Notes under the pieces: generated by a model
What the model was told of the DNA's origin: nothing
The model's database searches: none
What the model saw: the letters and a program-made list of their open reading frames with translations, nothing else
Assembly (NCBI GenBank): GCA_964523375.1
Contig: CAZFYG010000006.1
Coordinates: forward strand, 7,349-71,348
Length of the DNA stretch: 64,000 nt
Source: an uncultured Gammaproteobacteria bacterium
GTDB taxonomy: Bacteria; Pseudomonadota; Gammaproteobacteria; Magnimaribacterales; D2472
Direction of reading: 5' to 3'
Shown here: positions 62,276 to 64,000 of the stretch, one piece after another
Position numbering within the stretch: the first letter of the stretch is position 1
How the letters are laid out: every line of letters begins with the position of its first letter
Made by a program: the position numbers and the translations under genes

Positions 62276-62307
62276 ACCCGTCTTGTTTGTGTATTTGTGT
62301 TAATCAT
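62263..62307 (-). CDS. candidate arg operon leader peptide MINTNTQTRRVPAI (14 aa)
   Basis: ATG ATT AAC ACA AAT ACA CAA ACA AGA CGG GTT CCG GCA ATA TAG, with tandem Arg codons at 62283-62278. The stop codon overlaps the first base of seg2. Confidence 0.4.
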   Translation of the reverse strand: MINTNTQTRRVPAI

Positions 62308-62314
62308 CGGATTT

Positions 62315-62342
62315 AGTATAGCTATAAAAAAAACTTTGTAAA
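62315..62342 (-). promoter_or_regulatory. possible sigma70 promoter of the arg leader/operon
   Basis: On the minus strand: TTTACA (62342-62337), 16 nt, TATACT (62320-62315). The leader ATG begins 8 nt after the -10. Confidence 0.4.
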
Positions 62343-62356
62343 CAACCCAAAAAATA

Positions 62357-63505
62357 CTAATTATTTATTCTTGAAGCTAGGTTTTTATGAAAATTTACAA
62401 TTGCTTTTTCAAATAGCCCAAATGTTAAGTGGGTGTTTGCAGCTGTAGTGACTGTTTCCTGAATAGCACATGCAGCCTCTCTATCTTCGCTTTGACCTGA
62501 TTCATTTACAAATTGGGCATCTTTTTTCACTTCTTCGAGTGAAAGACTGTTAGCGCCACTTTTTTTATTATAAACAAGGTAGCTCACTGTTTTTACGCTT
62601 GATGGAGACAATGGCTCCATTATTGTTAAGCTTGTATGTTTGGATAAAAGAGAGATACTAGCATTGGGAAAAAGATGGTACACGGAAGTTGCTACTCCGT
62701 TTAATTTTCTTTTTTCAGGCTCAATATCTCTAATTTTTTCAATTCTCTTGAACGGGAAAATAATTCTTGAGTTAGGTCCATCAGTTTCTACAACGTTAAC
62801 ATTATTTAAACCATAAGGATAAAAAGTATTTTTATGTAAAGATTTTATGTGGTATCCCTCTAATAATGTTTCTGTAAGTAATTTCCAGTTTGTTTCATCT
62901 GTAACTTCGCCTTGATCAAATAACACTGCATCTGGTCCAAAGTAATTAAGAGAGTTATTTATAAAATTACTGTCTATGACTCCCTCTTGTTGAATATAAA
63001 CTAGCCCTCCCTTCTCAACTGTACTTACCTCTACAAGACCATTATCTTTAGAATCTAGATTTGGAAATCCGCCTTGCCCTGGAATGTTTTTTAAGGAGCC
63101 ATCTAGAGAGTATGACCATGCATGATAAGGGCATACAAAAGCTTTCTTTTTGCAACCATTGCCACTTGCAACCTTCATTCCCCTGTGCCTACAAGCATTG
63201 ATGAATGCCCTTACTTTTCCATCCTCACCCCTAACAACAAGAAGAGGTGTTCCTGAAGCTCTGCGAGCAATATAGCTACCATTTTCAATTAACGCAGCAG
63301 ATGGACAAAATGGGATTGGCAATCTTCTTAATAAAGCAATTTCTGAATCAAAACGTTTTTGAGTATGATAATTTTCAACTGGCTCTTTCCAAACCTCGGA
63401 ACCCAAATCAGTAGTTCCATTATCTATATGTGTAAATATTTTGTCGATCGCATCTTGGTCATTTAAAAAATTATTAGTCGAAAATGGATTGATAGTCTTT
63501 TGCAT
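62357..63505 (-). CDS. Rieske [2Fe-2S] non-haem-iron oxygenase, alpha-subunit-like
   Basis: Rieske motif CRHRG...CPYHAWSY and a catalytic-domain region (EGYHIKSLH). The start is set at ATG 63505 (MQKTINPF), because the ORF-track extension reads through tRNA-Leu. Confidence 0.8.
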   Translation of the reverse strand: MQKTINPFSTNNFLNDQDAIDKIFTHIDNGTTDLGSEVWKEPVENYHTQKRFDSEIALLRRLPIPFCPSAALIENGSYIARRASGTPLLVVRGEDGKVRAFINACRHRGMKVASGNGCKKKAFVCPYHAWSYSLDGSLKNIPGQGGFPNLDSKDNGLVEVSTVEKGGLVYIQQEGVIDSNFINNSLNYFGPDAVLFDQGEVTDETNWKLLTETLLEGYHIKSLHKNTFYPYGLNNVNVVETDGPNSRIIFPFKRIEKIRDIEPEKRKLNGVATSVYHLFPNASISLLSKHTSLTIMEPLSPSSVKTVSYLVYNKKSGANSLSLEEVKKDAQFVNESGQSEDREAACAIQETVTTAANTHLTFGLFEKAIVNFHKNLASRINN

Positions 63506-63565
63506 AATAATTGTTTCAAATGAGTTATAGATTGATGTTTGTACGATAGCACACGAAAGAATATA

Positions 63566-63650
63566 TGGTAGGGATGGAGGGAGTCGAACCCCCACGCCTT
63601 GCGGCACTTGGTTCTAAGCCAAGCGTGTCTACCAGTTCCACCACATCCCC
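63566..63650 (-). tRNA. tRNA-Leu (anticodon TAG), long variable arm, CCA encoded
   Basis: Hand-folded, 85 nt, with anticodon loop CTTAGAA, variable arm TGCCGCAAGGCG and T-loop TTCGACT. Confidence 0.88.
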
Positions 63651-63709
63651 ACACGCAAAGGCATTATATATATTATTAATAAGCTTTGGAAAGGTTTATT
63701 TTTATTTAA

Positions 63710-64000
63710 TTAAAGGTCGTAGGAAATTTCATTTCTTCTTTTCTTTTGAAGGTAATACAAGCAAGAAAAAAGTACTAACATTACTAAGAAAGTGTAAATA
63801 GAGTTTTGGTAAAAGCCCTCATAAATAAAACTAAAAACTCTCGCAACCATCATGCAACCAATGATAGAGATAAGAATATTGCCAATTTGAACTTTTGATG
63901 ACGAGTAGATAAACCTTATGGTTAAATATCCTGCTGCAAGGAAGAAGCCACCATACGTTCTAACAAATATAGCCATAGGGTCTGAAGTTACATCAAAAGG
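63710..64000 (-). CDS. small membrane protein, partial (paralog-like to 53395..53802; N-terminus outside window)
   Basis: The frame stays open upstream of ATG 63976 to the window edge (PFDVTSDPMAIFVRTYGG..). That segment resembles GLTVTSEIGYSEIAGLYGG of the 53395..53802 protein. Confidence 0.35.
   Translation of the reverse strand, partial: PFDVTSDPMAIFVRTYGGFFLAAGYLTIRFIYSSSKVQIGNILISIIGCMMVARVFSFIYEGFYQNSIYTFLVMLVLFSCLYYLQKKRRNEISYDL

Overview
This is an AT-rich (about one-third G+C by eye), very compact chromosomal segment. Most spacers are under 60 nt and many gene pairs overlap by 1-23 nt. Core-gene synteny looks gammaproteobacterial: tRNA-His-tig-clpP-clpX-lon-hupB-ppiD, dnaQ/rnhA/gloB/mltD, hda...purMN, and recX-dnaX-recR-dcd. 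I call about 65 protein-coding genes (two cut by the window edges), 7 tRNA genes (all on the minus strand), 2 clear intrinsic terminators and a few tentative promoters. I see no rRNA, CRISPR array, transposase/integrase, prophage or recognisable defence genes. It reads as housekeeping DNA of a streamlined genome; a SAR86-like marine gammaproteobacterium is only a guess. The strongest signal is a candidate arginine-sensing leader-peptide transcription attenuator. It lies in the 163-nt spacer upstream of a tightly packed argF'-argG-argA/B-argC-argH operon (62194-62356, minus strand). It has a promoter, a 14-codon ORF with tandem Arg codons, and 1:2 / 2:3 / 3:4 alternative helices ending in a hairpin plus U9 terminator 18 nt before the argF' ATG. 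Secondary observations: an A10 slippery run in dnaX where both shifted frames stop almost at once (a possible gamma-subunit mechanism); an exonuclease I gene whose catalytic N-terminus lies upstream of any ATG/GTG/TTG, with an AGGAG-N6-ATC candidate start; a Xanthomonas-type acetylcitrulline arginine pathway without argE/argD in the cluster; tRNA genes abutting downstream CDSs; a tRNA-Val(GAC) with C at position 33; and an Opp/Dpp-type ABC importer without ATPase genes. All functional calls rest on motif and family recognition by eye. No database search or folding calculation was run.
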